Shown here piece by piece: positions 6,818 through 16,182 of a DNA stretch of 32,313 nt. The notes beneath the pieces were generated by a model that saw only the letters and a list, made by a program, of their open reading frames with translations, searched no databases and was not told the DNA's origin. Position 1 is the stretch's first letter. Each line of letters begins with the position of its first letter. A program made the translations under genes and the position numbers. This DNA comes from a virus (taxonomy: Duplodnaviria > Caudoviricetes). The DNA lies in the IMG/VR virus record IMGVR_UViG_3300037721_000025, positions 1 through 32,313 of that record; one strand, 5' to 3'.

Positions 6818-7243
6818 CTACTTGCCCCGAGGTATCACGCCCTTCATCCTCTCTGCGGTGCGCAAGCTACCCAGGCCGAGCATGCCGCCGAGCAGAGTGA
6901 TCAGGTCGCCAAGGTCCAGCTCAGGCGGCAGAGGCCACGCCTGAATCCCGGAGGCCCACGCCAAGAGCGGCTGAGCCACGAACTGGTAGCCGAGCCCCAG
7001 CACACAGACGTAGCCGCACAGCGGCCGCCACGAGCTCGCAAAGGCATTGCCGCTCGACGCCTCGGCCTTGTTCACCTCGATCTGGCCGAGGTCGCGGGCC
7101 AGCTGCGCGTCGAGTTCACGGAATTCGCCGGCCTGCTGAAGCTTCAACAACTCGAGCTGGGCCGCGGCGCGCGCCTCGGGATTCGGTAGCACGCGCTCGA
7201 GCAGCGAGGTCACGGGTCCGATCAGCAGTTGCAGGACGTTCAT
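6818..7243 (-). CDS. Holin of 3TMs (GTA-holin family)
   Basis: QIEVNKAEA-S...WRP--GYVC...LGGMLGLG-LRT-E signature; ATG 7243 coupled to the endolysin stop. Confidence 0.9.
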   Translation of the reverse strand: MNVLQLLIGPVTSLLERVLPNPEARAAAQLELLKLQQAGEFRELDAQLARDLGQIEVNKAEASSGNAFASSWRPLCGYVCVLGLGYQFVAQPLLAWASGIQAWPLPPELDLGDLITLLGGMLGLGSLRTAERMKGVIPRGK

Positions 7244-7674
7244 TGCCACGCTCCCGTTAGAATAATCTTGGCCATCCGCTCGCAGCGCTCCGGCGTCTGC
7301 TGGTGCCATTTACTGTCCAGTAGCTCAATCTCCGCCGTGATCCAGTCTCGGATCACGATGGCGGCGATCGCCTTTTTGAACTTGGCCAGTCCTTCGGTGC
7401 CGAGCTGGAACGCGATGCACACGATCGCCTGTTGCCTCACCGGGTCGAGGCTCTCGAACCACTCGAAGCGGCTCTCGCACTCCCCGATGCGCCGGGCGAT
7501 ATCGTTGCGCAGCAGGTATCGGGATTCCTCGCGGGTGATGCCGCCGCCTTTGCGCTCGTCGATGAGCCGGCCGACCCCCAAGGTCAAATAGCCCTCGCTG
7601 TCCGGATAGGCGTGCAGTACCTCATCCTCGTCGGACAGCAGGCGTTGCGTAATCTGCTCAGTGCTGATCATCAT
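7240..7674 (-). CDS. Endolysin, T4-lysozyme-like (GH24)
   Basis: E-x8-D-x5-T catalytic triad (EDEVLHAYPDSEGYLT) and C-terminal SKWHQQTPER. Confidence 0.92.
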   Translation of the reverse strand: MMISTEQITQRLLSDEDEVLHAYPDSEGYLTLGVGRLIDERKGGGITREESRYLLRNDIARRIGECESRFEWFESLDPVRQQAIVCIAFQLGTEGLAKFKKAIAAIVIRDWITAEIELLDSKWHQQTPERCERMAKIILTGAWQ

Positions 7675-7858
7675 CCGACCTCATCGTAATTCCCTTCGCC
7701 GCCAGTACCAGAATCACCCTCTGCACGATTGTGCGCAGCCCGTGCAGGTTCTTGGCCAGCCGTCGCTGCTCCCACACCAGCCAGCCGTAGATCGCCGCCA
7801 CGAGCAGCAGGATGATCGTGACGGCAAAGCCAATGACTTGCCACGCGTCGGGGCTCAC
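7658..7858 (-). CDS. Small single-TM protein (holin/antiholin candidate)
   Basis: Hydrophobic segment VIGFAVTIILLLVAAIYGWLVW followed by a basic helix; directly upstream of the endolysin. Confidence 0.7.
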   Translation of the reverse strand: MSPDAWQVIGFAVTIILLLVAAIYGWLVWEQRRLAKNLHGLRTIVQRVILVLAAKGITMRSDDDQH

Positions 7859-8008
7859 TCACGCTCCAAACATCCAGCGACGCACGGAGGCCAGCCAGTT
7901 GCCCGCGGCTCGAAGCACGCGCCCAACCATCCCCAGTTCGGTGTCTCGCTGCCGGGCTTGTGCCTCTGCGCCGCGTCGACGGCGCTCCTCGTCCTCATCG
8001 TCGCTCAT
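7859..8008 (-). CDS. 49 aa peptide with C-terminal amphipathic cationic helix (not in ORF track)
   Basis: MSDDEDEERRRRGAEAQARQRDTELGMVGRVLRAAGNWLASVRRWMFGA*. AGGAG SD, ATGA overlap, fills the gap exactly. Confidence 0.65.
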   Translation of the reverse strand: MSDDEDEERRRRGAEAQARQRDTELGMVGRVLRAAGNWLASVRRWMFGA

Positions 8009-8337
8009 CGTTTGATCTCCTCTCGCGCCTTTCGGCGCTGCACTTCAAGGTCAACAATGTCCTTTGCTACGCTCGCCTCCTTGCGCGCGAGCTCCGCCAT
8101 CGCTTCCGCCTTGGCAACCCGCCCCTCTACCCTGGAGTCGATCAGCGAGGGCGCCAAGATGCTCCAGATGAGCAGGCCGATGATCGCGCCGCCGCTGAGG
8201 AACCAGCTGAAGACGATCCACGGCAGCGCCTTGTTGCTGCTCGCGTCGATGGGCGCGTACACCCCGCCATTGCCGCGGTGCTGCCAGCCGGTGTTGGGCG
8301 GCAGAAATTCGTGCTCATACTGCGAGTCTGCGCTCAT
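8005..8337 (-). CDS. Single-TM coiled-coil membrane protein
   Basis: ATG 8337 coupled to the upstream stop; TM segment LPWIVFSWFLSGGAIIGLLIWSILAP then a coiled coil. Confidence 0.75.
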   Translation of the reverse strand: MSADSQYEHEFLPPNTGWQHRGNGGVYAPIDASSNKALPWIVFSWFLSGGAIIGLLIWSILAPSLIDSRVEGRVAKAEAMAELARKEASVAKDIVDLEVQRRKAREEIKR

Positions 8338-8621
8338 TGCTGCCGCTCCTCGACGCGGGTCACGCGGTGCTCGAGCGCCTGCATCTGCGTTGTGATCTGC
8401 ACGATCAGCTGGCCGTGATCCACGATCTTTCCGATTGACCAGGTGATCATGCCCAGCGCGATCAGCCCGCAAGTGGTCAGGGCCCAGAGCTGTAATTGGG
8501 ACATGCGGCTGTCCTCCACGTGCACGTTCGATCCGGCCGGACGCAGCAGCGCCGCCATGCGCTCAAGCAGCGCGATGTCTCTGTCGCTGAGGGAGTTGGG
8601 CCGGGTGTCGGGCGAGGTCAT
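8334..8621 (-). CDS. Single-TM coiled-coil membrane protein
   Basis: TM segment LWALTTCGLIALGMITWSI then QMQALEHRVTRVE. Confidence 0.75.
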   Translation of the reverse strand: MTSPDTRPNSLSDRDIALLERMAALLRPAGSNVHVEDSRMSQLQLWALTTCGLIALGMITWSIGKIVDHGQLIVQITTQMQALEHRVTRVEERQQ

Positions 8622-9937
8622 TTGGCGATGGCCCCAGCCCTTACACCCTCCAGATCAGCAACCCTGGCCGTCAGCGCCTGTATCTGCGCTTGCTGCTCCT
8701 GCATGCCCTTGATTGCCAGTGGCACGAGCTTGGAGGCATCGAGGGACCAGGAAGCTTGCTCATCCTCGGGCACGGACACGCATTCAGGCATGACGCTGAA
8801 GAGTTCCTGCGCCACGAGCCAATAGCGTTGCGCTGACCCTGGCATGCCCTTCCAGTCGAATGCGCGAATTCGGATGTTGGCTATCAGGGCCATCGCGCCG
8901 GGGGAATCACGGATGTTTTCTTTCAGGCGCTCATCAGAGGTGGTGTTGTATGCAACCACCCCGCCGCCTCGGTTGTAGCTGATACTGCCTCGTTGAGTGC
9001 CAGCGCCTGTCTCACTGATGAAGCTGGCGAAGACGTTGTCTCCGGACGTCGCCTCGTTCTGGAGGTTTACGGCCGGGGTTGCGGAGCCTGCAGCGGTAAC
9101 AAGATACCCGGCAGAGACGATGGTACTACGGACTTTCATCAGCCCGCCTGCGACTGCGGAAGTTGTACCGACAACAAGCTTGTTGCTGGCCCCGTCACTT
9201 GGAAAGGTGACCGCATCCACCGTCGTGCCGGTGCGGTCGACGGTGAGCCAGTTGCTGCTCGCGTTGTCTGCGTCATTCAAGACACGAAAGACCAGTTGCT
9301 CTGAGATTATTCCCCAGTCCCAATAACGATTGTTGGCTGCGGCAGTGCTCTGATCAAAAATCATAAACGGGAAGGCGTTGGACGACATTATGCCAACGGC
9401 CTGCGACGCTCCTCTGCCGAGGCTGAAAATGTGCTTCCCGCTCCACGTCGGCGCGATCGACTGGGATACCGCGTGCACGTGATCGTCACGAGAAACGGCA
9501 AACGACGTCCCAGCACTGGCGCTCAGCGTCACAGCGGCCGGTGTCGCGTTCGATCCGCTTGAGTTCTGGACAGCGACCCGTACCAGAGAGGTCGGCACGT
9601 TGCCGCTATCCATCACGACGTCAATGGTCGTTGTGCCTGCCGCGTGGCCAGAAACAGAGATGCGCCCGAATCCCGTGGTTGCGCCGACCAGCTTCACGCG
9701 CGCCCCGACCGGATAGCGGGCCGTGAGATCCCCCGCCACCGTGAACGTGTCGTTGTCCACGCGCGTCGGGTCGTCGCCGTAGTCGAAGTACGGGAGCTCC
9801 TCGAAGCTTTCACGGAGCTCGGCCATCATCTGGCGCCCGCAGTCGTTTATCGTGCTCGCGGCCTGCCCTTCGGGCCAGCCGTCCGGGGGGGCTGCATCGT
9901 TGTCGGCTGGGGTCGTGGAATAGTCGCGGATGGTCAT
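8618..9937 (-). CDS. Tail fibre with C-terminal intramolecular chaperone (peptidase S74)
   Basis: TSDERLKENI (Ser-Lys dyad), AQEL...PE-V and a terminal coiled coil. N-terminal W-EG...IND--RQMMA anchor; internal DHVH motif. Confidence 0.92.
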   Translation of the reverse strand: MTIRDYSTTPADNDAAPPDGWPEGQAASTINDCGRQMMAELRESFEELPYFDYGDDPTRVDNDTFTVAGDLTARYPVGARVKLVGATTGFGRISVSGHAAGTTTIDVVMDSGNVPTSLVRVAVQNSSGSNATPAAVTLSASAGTSFAVSRDDHVHAVSQSIAPTWSGKHIFSLGRGASQAVGIMSSNAFPFMIFDQSTAAANNRYWDWGIISEQLVFRVLNDADNASSNWLTVDRTGTTVDAVTFPSDGASNKLVVGTTSAVAGGLMKVRSTIVSAGYLVTAAGSATPAVNLQNEATSGDNVFASFISETGAGTQRGSISYNRGGGVVAYNTTSDERLKENIRDSPGAMALIANIRIRAFDWKGMPGSAQRYWLVAQELFSVMPECVSVPEDEQASWSLDASKLVPLAIKGMQEQQAQIQALTARVADLEGVRAGAIAK

Positions 9938-11745
9938 TGGTACAAGCCCTTTCGAAGTTCGTCTTCAGCCGCGTCAAGGCCGACAATAATCGGTGGTGCA
10001 TTGGCGCGCGGGATGCCGATCATGTTGCGCACGACCTCACTTGTGGCGTTGCCGGCCTTGACGCCGCCGGCCAGCACCCCGGGAGGCGTGGCCAAGTACG
10101 CGCGTGTCGCCAGATTGCCGCCGGCATTTACGGCAGCTCGGTAAAAACTGTCTGGGAACCCGCCCAGGCGCGTCGCAGTGCCACTGTTTCCAACGATCGG
10201 GCCGAAGCTCTTGGTGTTGGCGGCCCTAAGCACGTCATACAGCCCCGTGTCGTTGTAGCCGCGCAGATATCCGCTCTTGTCGGAGTTGGCAAAGGCGTTG
10301 CCAAGTAGCCCGGGCTTCACATTTCCGGCGCCGACGTCGATCGCTCCGACCCGGCTCTCTGCTGTGACGAGGATCCGGTACTGGTCACGCGCATTTTTGA
10401 GCTTGCCGGCATCTTTTGGCCCAACAGAGCGAATCAAAGCATCCTGCAGCGCCTCACGGACCTGCCTGGCGTAATACCCGACGCCTGGGCTTGCGTTCTT
10501 GGTCATACGGCCGAGGCCAGAAAACGCGTTCTGGAACGCGGCGCCGTCGATATCACCATTCCGCGCAGCTTTCGCGAGTAGATTCTCGAGCTGCTTCTGG
10601 ATCTGGCCAAATTCAGCTGGCTGAAGCTCCGCGCTGGCATTGCGCTCAATGCCGGTCAGCGCGGTCTGCAGGTCGTTGTCATAGGCGATCTTGTTGTTTG
10701 CGGCCGCCTCATCAAAGACGCCACCAATCCGCTTGGATGCGTTCGCTAGCGCCGCCGATGACACCTCATCACCCTTCTCACCGATCGCTGTCAGAAACTC
10801 ACGGTTGAGGACTTTCTGATTATTCTTGGCGATGCCGAAGAACGGCCCTGATGTGGCCGGCACGCTCTCTAGTTTCGCCTCGATCTGGCGCAGCGTCGGG
10901 CTTCCTGTGCGAGTCCCGGGCGTGAACTTCAGTCCAAGCCGCTCGCCAGCTGCCAGCGTCGCGCGCTCGGTCGCATTCAGCCCGATAGGAGCAGGCAGAG
11001 GAGCGCCGCCAGGAGCTCCAGCAGGAGGAGGCGCCGGTGGAGTGGCTGGAGGAGCGCCACCAAGCGGGCCAGCAGGCGGTGTCTGAGTTGGCGGAGGCAC
11101 AGCGCCAGGCCGCCCGCCCACTGGGGTGCCCGGCGGAGCAGCGTTTGGAGGTGCAGCGCCAGGACGCGGAGTGATACCAGAGGGCACCGGGAGCTTGTTG
11201 TAGATGGATCCGCCCAGGATACCGCCACCTAGCCGGCCGGCAATGTTCAGCCCCCTGGACAACGCGTCATCGGGGCGCCGCGGCACGGTCTCCGCGCCGC
11301 CGCGATTTAATAGCGCCTCGGTATTCTGCTGAGTGCCGAGGTACTTTTTGCGATCCAGAGGCCCGATAAAGGCAGGGATATCGACGCCATCTCCACCGAA
11401 TGCACGGTTGATCTTGTCGGCTCCCAAATATCCGGCGCCCAAGACCGCGCTCCCTACGTCCGCAGCATTTGCGGCCGTGTCAAATGGGAGAGTTAGAGCG
11501 CTGGCGATACCCGCCGTCACGCCTCCCGCGGCCGCGGCAGCTCGATCGCCCAAGGTCGCGGGCTTCCGCGCAGGCTCTGGTGCAGAACTCAGATAGCCGA
11601 GAATCTCAGCGTCTGAGTATTGAGACTCTCGGGCCGAGTTGAGTTGCTCAGGCTTGATCTGTCCCTGCCGCGTCAGGTATTCGACAATCTCGGCATCGGA
11701 GTAGCTCTCCTTGCGCGCCTGCTCGATCTGATCTTTCAGCGGCAT
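9934..11745 (-). CDS. Large DNA ejection / internal virion protein
   Basis: Twin N-terminal AR-xxYSDAEI-xYL repeats, Pro/Gly/Ala-rich linker, position in the ejection module. Confidence 0.75.
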   Translation of the reverse strand: MPLKDQIEQARKESYSDAEIVEYLTRQGQIKPEQLNSARESQYSDAEILGYLSSAPEPARKPATLGDRAAAAAGGVTAGIASALTLPFDTAANAADVGSAVLGAGYLGADKINRAFGGDGVDIPAFIGPLDRKKYLGTQQNTEALLNRGGAETVPRRPDDALSRGLNIAGRLGGGILGGSIYNKLPVPSGITPRPGAAPPNAAPPGTPVGGRPGAVPPPTQTPPAGPLGGAPPATPPAPPPAGAPGGAPLPAPIGLNATERATLAAGERLGLKFTPGTRTGSPTLRQIEAKLESVPATSGPFFGIAKNNQKVLNREFLTAIGEKGDEVSSAALANASKRIGGVFDEAAANNKIAYDNDLQTALTGIERNASAELQPAEFGQIQKQLENLLAKAARNGDIDGAAFQNAFSGLGRMTKNASPGVGYYARQVREALQDALIRSVGPKDAGKLKNARDQYRILVTAESRVGAIDVGAGNVKPGLLGNAFANSDKSGYLRGYNDTGLYDVLRAANTKSFGPIVGNSGTATRLGGFPDSFYRAAVNAGGNLATRAYLATPPGVLAGGVKAGNATSEVVRNMIGIPRANAPPIIVGLDAAEDELRKGLYQ

Positions 11746-12950
11746 TACTTTTTGCCCCCGAAGATATTTGAGAGCGGCTTGCGCGTCGCGGGAGCGCCGC
11801 CTGCGGCCGGACCCGCTTGGCCCTGGAACTGGTCTCGGTATTGCTCCTGCACGCGCCTCACTGTGGCGAGCGCGGCCTTCTTGATCTCGGCTGGTGTGCC
11901 AGGATCGCCGAGTTGCGCGGCGGCATCCTTGTACAACTGCACGTCTCTGTCCGACTGCGGCCCCTCAAGCCGTGGCAGGCTCGTGACTAGGTTTGCTCCC
12001 AGTACCTTCAGGCTCGCGGCAGCTTGTGATCCGGACGGCGCAAAGCCGAAAATACCGGCGAACTTGTCCACCGCCTCGCCGACACCGCTGCCAGTGGCGA
12101 TATCAATGAGTGGATCAGCCTGGTCTATCAGGCGCAGAGCGCTGGCCGACTCGATGGACTTCTTTTGCACGCCGCCAAGCGCACCGCCGGTGGCCGAGCC
12201 AATAGCGGTGCCCTCTGCTTCCGCGGTCTTCACCGCGCGCGCGGCATCGGTGGCGCTGCTCAGGGTGCTCAGCGGTGTTTGGCGTACGTTGCCGCCACCG
12301 CGATCGGCGCTGATCACCGTGGGCACGTTGTCTACGGTGCGTACCGTGGTAATAGGCGCCGCATAGCGCACCAGTAGATCCTGATCTCCCAGGGGATTTT
12401 GCGGCGTTCGGGACTTGACAAACGCAGCCATGGACTCCGGGGTGTAGTCGCCCGGATTGAAGTTTCCAATGCCTCCCTGGCCGAGTTGCAGGAAATCCTG
12501 ATACGTGCCAGTGAACCCGTTTTGTTTCGCGAATTGGTATTCGCGTACCTTCGCCGGATTCTGCCCGCCGTTCCTGGCTAGATTGACCTTGGATCTCAGC
12601 AACTCCCGCTGCAGCTGATCGGTGATCGATCCCTGTGCCGCGCCCTGCCCTTGCTGCAGCGCCTGGCCCAGCAGCGCGCCGAGCCCCTGCCGTGGCCCAG
12701 GCTGAGGCCCGGAGTTCGCCAGCAACGATGTGCCGAAGCCCAGCAGGCCCTGCCGCTGCGCTGCTTGACGCTGCTCGGGTGTGACCCCGCCGCCGTCATC
12801 AGAGACGGGAAATGCAGCCGCGCTCAGGCGGCCCAGCAGTCCGGGCGGCGGCCCCGCGGCGCCGGGCGTGGACGGTCCGCCCGCACCGGAATACGGGTTG
12901 ACGCCCTGGTTGAGCAGCTTTTGGCGGAGAAAGAAATCACTGAATGGCAT
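11745..12950 (-). CDS. DNA ejection / internal virion protein
   Basis: Gln/Gly/Ala-rich; REYQFA...GT--DF and PRLEGPQSDRDVQLY motifs seen in podovirus ejection proteins. Confidence 0.75.
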   Translation of the reverse strand: MPFSDFFLRQKLLNQGVNPYSGAGGPSTPGAAGPPPGLLGRLSAAAFPVSDDGGGVTPEQRQAAQRQGLLGFGTSLLANSGPQPGPRQGLGALLGQALQQGQGAAQGSITDQLQRELLRSKVNLARNGGQNPAKVREYQFAKQNGFTGTYQDFLQLGQGGIGNFNPGDYTPESMAAFVKSRTPQNPLGDQDLLVRYAAPITTVRTVDNVPTVISADRGGGNVRQTPLSTLSSATDAARAVKTAEAEGTAIGSATGGALGGVQKKSIESASALRLIDQADPLIDIATGSGVGEAVDKFAGIFGFAPSGSQAAASLKVLGANLVTSLPRLEGPQSDRDVQLYKDAAAQLGDPGTPAEIKKAALATVRRVQEQYRDQFQGQAGPAAGGAPATRKPLSNIFGGKK

Positions 12951-12964
12951 TATCTAAATGCTCT

Positions 12965-13930
12965 CTAGGAGAACGCGCCGATAAGTCCACCGCCGATGCC
13001 GCCTATGGCGGCGCCATACGGGCCGCCAATCGATGCCCCTAGGGTGGCGCCAGTGGCCGCGCCACCAAGCGCGCCAGCCGCCCTGTTACGAGAGTTGGGC
13101 ATGGTCGCCGTTGCGGTCTGCCCCGGGAACGCGCCCTGGATGCGCTGCAGGTAGCGATCCAAGTTCATCTGCGGCGCGTTCTGCTGGAAGTTGAACCGGT
13201 TGATTTGGTCGTCGAGCTGCTGCCCAGCCATGTCTTCGTAGCGCCCGCCCACGCCCTCGAGCGCGGCGAGGTCTGCGTAATCATTGCTGGCCAATCCTGG
13301 GGCCAACTGAGCCGCACCCATCTGCAGCGCGCGCTGCAGCTGGATGTCGTCCAGCCCACGGCCCTGCGCGTTCTCAAAGCCCTGCGCGCCGATGCCGCGC
13401 TGCTGCTGCAGCTCAGACAGCGAGCGGTTCCGGTCCGACTCGTATGCCCCGCCGTAGACCTGATTCGCCAAGTCGTTGAGCTCGAGCGCCGCTGGTGCGC
13501 GCGCTGCGCCAATGTTTCGCCCGCTGCCGGCGAAGCTCGACTGCAACCGGTTCTGAACGTTGTCGGCCGCGCGGTTGAATGTCGCGTCCAGATACGGGTT
13601 GGTCGCGCCCGCAAACTCTCGCGGCTGTGAGGCGAACGGATTCTGCGCGTTCGTGAACTGCGAGCTTGGGGCCGTCCCGAGCGTGTTTTGGACGTAGCCC
13701 TGCGCCGCATCCACGCCGGCATTGCCCTGCAGTGCGCGCTGCTGCGTGAGGTCCAGCGCCTGGCGCGTCTGATCGGAGAACGGCACCACAGTCGAGCCAG
13801 GGAAGTACTCAGGCCCGCCGTTACGGTATGACTGCTGCGCCAGCTGCGCGCCCTCTTGCAAAAACGGCTGGATGAACTTCGGCGGTTCGGTCGTCGTCGT
13901 CGTTTTCGATGGCCCGCTGCTACCGCCCAT
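12965..13930 (-). CDS. DNA ejection / pilot protein
   Basis: MGGSSG...TTTTT start, NPYL motif, Gln-rich body, C-terminal glycine-zipper hydrophobic hairpin. Confidence 0.8.
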   Translation of the reverse strand: MGGSSGPSKTTTTTEPPKFIQPFLQEGAQLAQQSYRNGGPEYFPGSTVVPFSDQTRQALDLTQQRALQGNAGVDAAQGYVQNTLGTAPSSQFTNAQNPFASQPREFAGATNPYLDATFNRAADNVQNRLQSSFAGSGRNIGAARAPAALELNDLANQVYGGAYESDRNRSLSELQQQRGIGAQGFENAQGRGLDDIQLQRALQMGAAQLAPGLASNDYADLAALEGVGGRYEDMAGQQLDDQINRFNFQQNAPQMNLDRYLQRIQGAFPGQTATATMPNSRNRAAGALGGAATGATLGASIGGPYGAAIGGIGGGLIGAFS

Positions 13931-14370
13931 CAGTGCACCTTGCCCTTTGGCCTGTCTTTGCTCAGCACGACCGCGCGCTCCTGGTAGTCCTGGAGCAGCC
14001 GAGCCCAGCCGCGCCGGCCCTGGATCTCGATCCGCTCGCAGTCCTGGTCATCAAAAAACCACGGCTCGATGTACTCTCGAAACAGACGCATGCCATCTAC
14101 GATGCCGCTGCCGGCGGCGATCCACAGCAGTCCGTAGCGCTGGCCAAAAGCGTTCTCGACTCGCGTCACCAGCACGCATCGCACCTCGTCGCCCTCTCGC
14201 ATACCCCACGCCTGAGCGCTGCCGTCGGCGAGGTCAGCTTTCAGGTTATCCAGCGTCCACGAGACGTCGGTGACGCGCGAGACGATGTCCGCAATGATTG
14301 GCCACGCCGCGTCGAGCTGATCTCGCGGCACGACGAAGGCATGCTGTTCGAGGTCAGCCAAATCGGACAT
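13930..14370 (-). CDS. GNAT-fold-like virion assembly protein
   Basis: C--IE--GR-GW-R motif; conserved position before the ejection genes. ATG 14370 (alternative 14400). Confidence 0.7.
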   Translation of the reverse strand: MSDLADLEQHAFVVPRDQLDAAWPIIADIVSRVTDVSWTLDNLKADLADGSAQAWGMREGDEVRCVLVTRVENAFGQRYGLLWIAAGSGIVDGMRLFREYIEPWFFDDQDCERIEIQGRRGWARLLQDYQERAVVLSKDRPKGKVH

Positions 14371-14674
14371 AGCCGAAGCTCCTGTCTGTGGTGGCTGCAT
14401 TCGCGTGCGTCAGCGTGAAGCTCCCCTTGGTGCGCGCGCTGACGTAGGTCGTTCCGAGCGCTGCCGCGGCATTCGCGGTCATCGGCGAGAGCACCGGGAT
14501 CATGTCAGACTGAAACTTGTTGTCTTCCACCACCGTGGTGGTTGCGTTCGCGGTCAGCGTCACGGTGCCGGTGGCGTTGCTCCGCCCGTCGATCAGGGAA
14601 TTGATCGCGTCGGTCAGGTTCCACAGGTGGATGTTGACCGCCAGGTCGCGCTTTTGTTGATACGGGAGGCTCAT
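14354..14674 (-). CDS. Small tail/virion protein
   Basis: ATG 14674 coupled to the nozzle stop; Thr-rich beta-structure G-SNATGTVTL...F-LTH. Confidence 0.8.
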   Translation of the reverse strand: MSLPYQQKRDLAVNIHLWNLTDAINSLIDGRSNATGTVTLTANATTTVVEDNKFQSDMIPVLSPMTANAAAALGTTYVSARTKGSFTLTHANAATTDRSFGYVRFG

Positions 14675-16182
14675 GTGCCCGCCGCCTGCGCAATAAACTG
14701 CACGCCGACCGCTTCCTTGAACTCGCCCACAATCTCCATGCGCGCGCGGTGGTAACGCGACTCGTTCTCGAAGTCGCAATAGCCAGTGGTGGCCGTGCGG
14801 TCAGTTGCTGCCGTGTAGCTCACCGCATCATCCAGGTTGTCTCGGCTGCCCAGCGCGATGGTGACATCGACGCTCGAATCGCCTGTCACCAGCGGCTTGA
14901 TACCGCCGACGTAGCTGTAGAGGCCTAGATTAAGCTCCACTTCTTGGCCGTCGATGCGCGCGGTTCCGGGCGTGCCCGCGAGCGTACCCACCTGGAACGA
15001 AGTGTCGAAGCCGAACAGCGCAGCGGCGCCACCCGCCCAGAAAGGCGAGTCGAGCGGCGGCGTGATGTCGTCCACAGAGTCAAACAGGTCGTCGAAATCA
15101 TCGATGGACGTAGCGATGGTGAGCCCCGGCACCAGCAGCTCCAATATCTGCTCACAATGCGTCCAGCGCTGCTCGAGATAGTTGTAAACGAGCAGCATAT
15201 TTGGTCGGCCACCGGTGTTGGACGGCCCCGGGAACGCGAAATAGATGATTTTCTTCTGACGATCGACCGCGGCGTACACCCGATCGGGGAAAGCGCTGTC
15301 CAAGTTGGTCAAAAAGAACTGATCGACCTGCAAATCTCCAATTGGCTCGACGTTTACCCCGTCGGTGACAAAAAAACCCTCGCTGGACGGGAAATATCGA
15401 CGCTTGCCGACCGTCGCAACCCCATTCGGGCACAGCAGACCACGCGAGCTGTCGATGTTGTCGAACTGGAACACCACATCGCCGCCAACATAGGTCACAC
15501 GAGAGATGCCGGAGCGCTGGAATACGATGCCGAACTGCTCCTCACCCTCGATCGCGAGCACCGGGCCGAGCGCGGCCTGCATAAACTGCTCGCCGGCCTG
15601 CTTGGTTCGCGCGTCCGCGGTCTGCGGGATAGGCCAGTCGGTGCAGTCATCGATCGCGCACCACTGCAGGCGCGAGGGAACGACGCCGTTGACGCCCTCA
15701 TTGGTGTGGCCGAGCACCACAAAGCGCCCGATGACGCCAATCACACGCGCGCGTGGCGCGGTCCCGGTGTCGGCGATGTCCTCGAAGTCTGCCGAGGAGG
15801 CAATCACCAACTTTTGCGGCAGGTCCGCGTAGTTGGTGCCGATGACGAAGTTGTCGAACTGCGCGAACCGCCAGAAATCCAGGCTGCTGGTTGTGTACGC
15901 GACCGCCGTGGATCGATCGGTCCAGGTGGCGCCACTGCGCTGGTACAAATCGGTAGCCGTGCCCGCGTACAACGCGGCGTTGCCGTCCGTGTCTCGCACA
16001 GAGATGGCCCCCAAGGGCCTCGAGGCGAGCGCACCAGCCTGCGTTGATAGCGGCCGGTAGGGACGGTAGCTGCCGGCAACGGGCAGCACGTTGAGCGCCT
16101 CTGTGAGCCCAGGATTGTCGATCGCGGGAAGGTCGGGGAGCCACTTGCCCCACTTCACCACGCCATCGGATGCGCGGCTCAC
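14671..16182 (-). CDS. Tail nozzle / packaged-DNA stabilisation protein (P22 gp10 / T7 gp12 position)
   Basis: GTG 16182 overlaps the adaptor stop; G-WLPD-P start; beta-rich, 503 aa. Confidence 0.85.
   Translation of the reverse strand: MSRASDGVVKWGKWLPDLPAIDNPGLTEALNVLPVAGSYRPYRPLSTQAGALASRPLGAISVRDTDGNAALYAGTATDLYQRSGATWTDRSTAVAYTTSSLDFWRFAQFDNFVIGTNYADLPQKLVIASSADFEDIADTGTAPRARVIGVIGRFVVLGHTNEGVNGVVPSRLQWCAIDDCTDWPIPQTADARTKQAGEQFMQAALGPVLAIEGEEQFGIVFQRSGISRVTYVGGDVVFQFDNIDSSRGLLCPNGVATVGKRRYFPSSEGFFVTDGVNVEPIGDLQVDQFFLTNLDSAFPDRVYAAVDRQKKIIYFAFPGPSNTGGRPNMLLVYNYLEQRWTHCEQILELLVPGLTIATSIDDFDDLFDSVDDITPPLDSPFWAGGAAALFGFDTSFQVGTLAGTPGTARIDGQEVELNLGLYSYVGGIKPLVTGDSSVDVTIALGSRDNLDDAVSYTAATDRTATTGYCDFENESRYHRARMEIVGEFKEAVGVQFIAQAAGT

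Noticed and set aside
10980-11190. Low-complexity repeats in the large ejection gene
   Set aside because: Explained by a Pro/Ala/Gly linker; no exact DNA periodicity.
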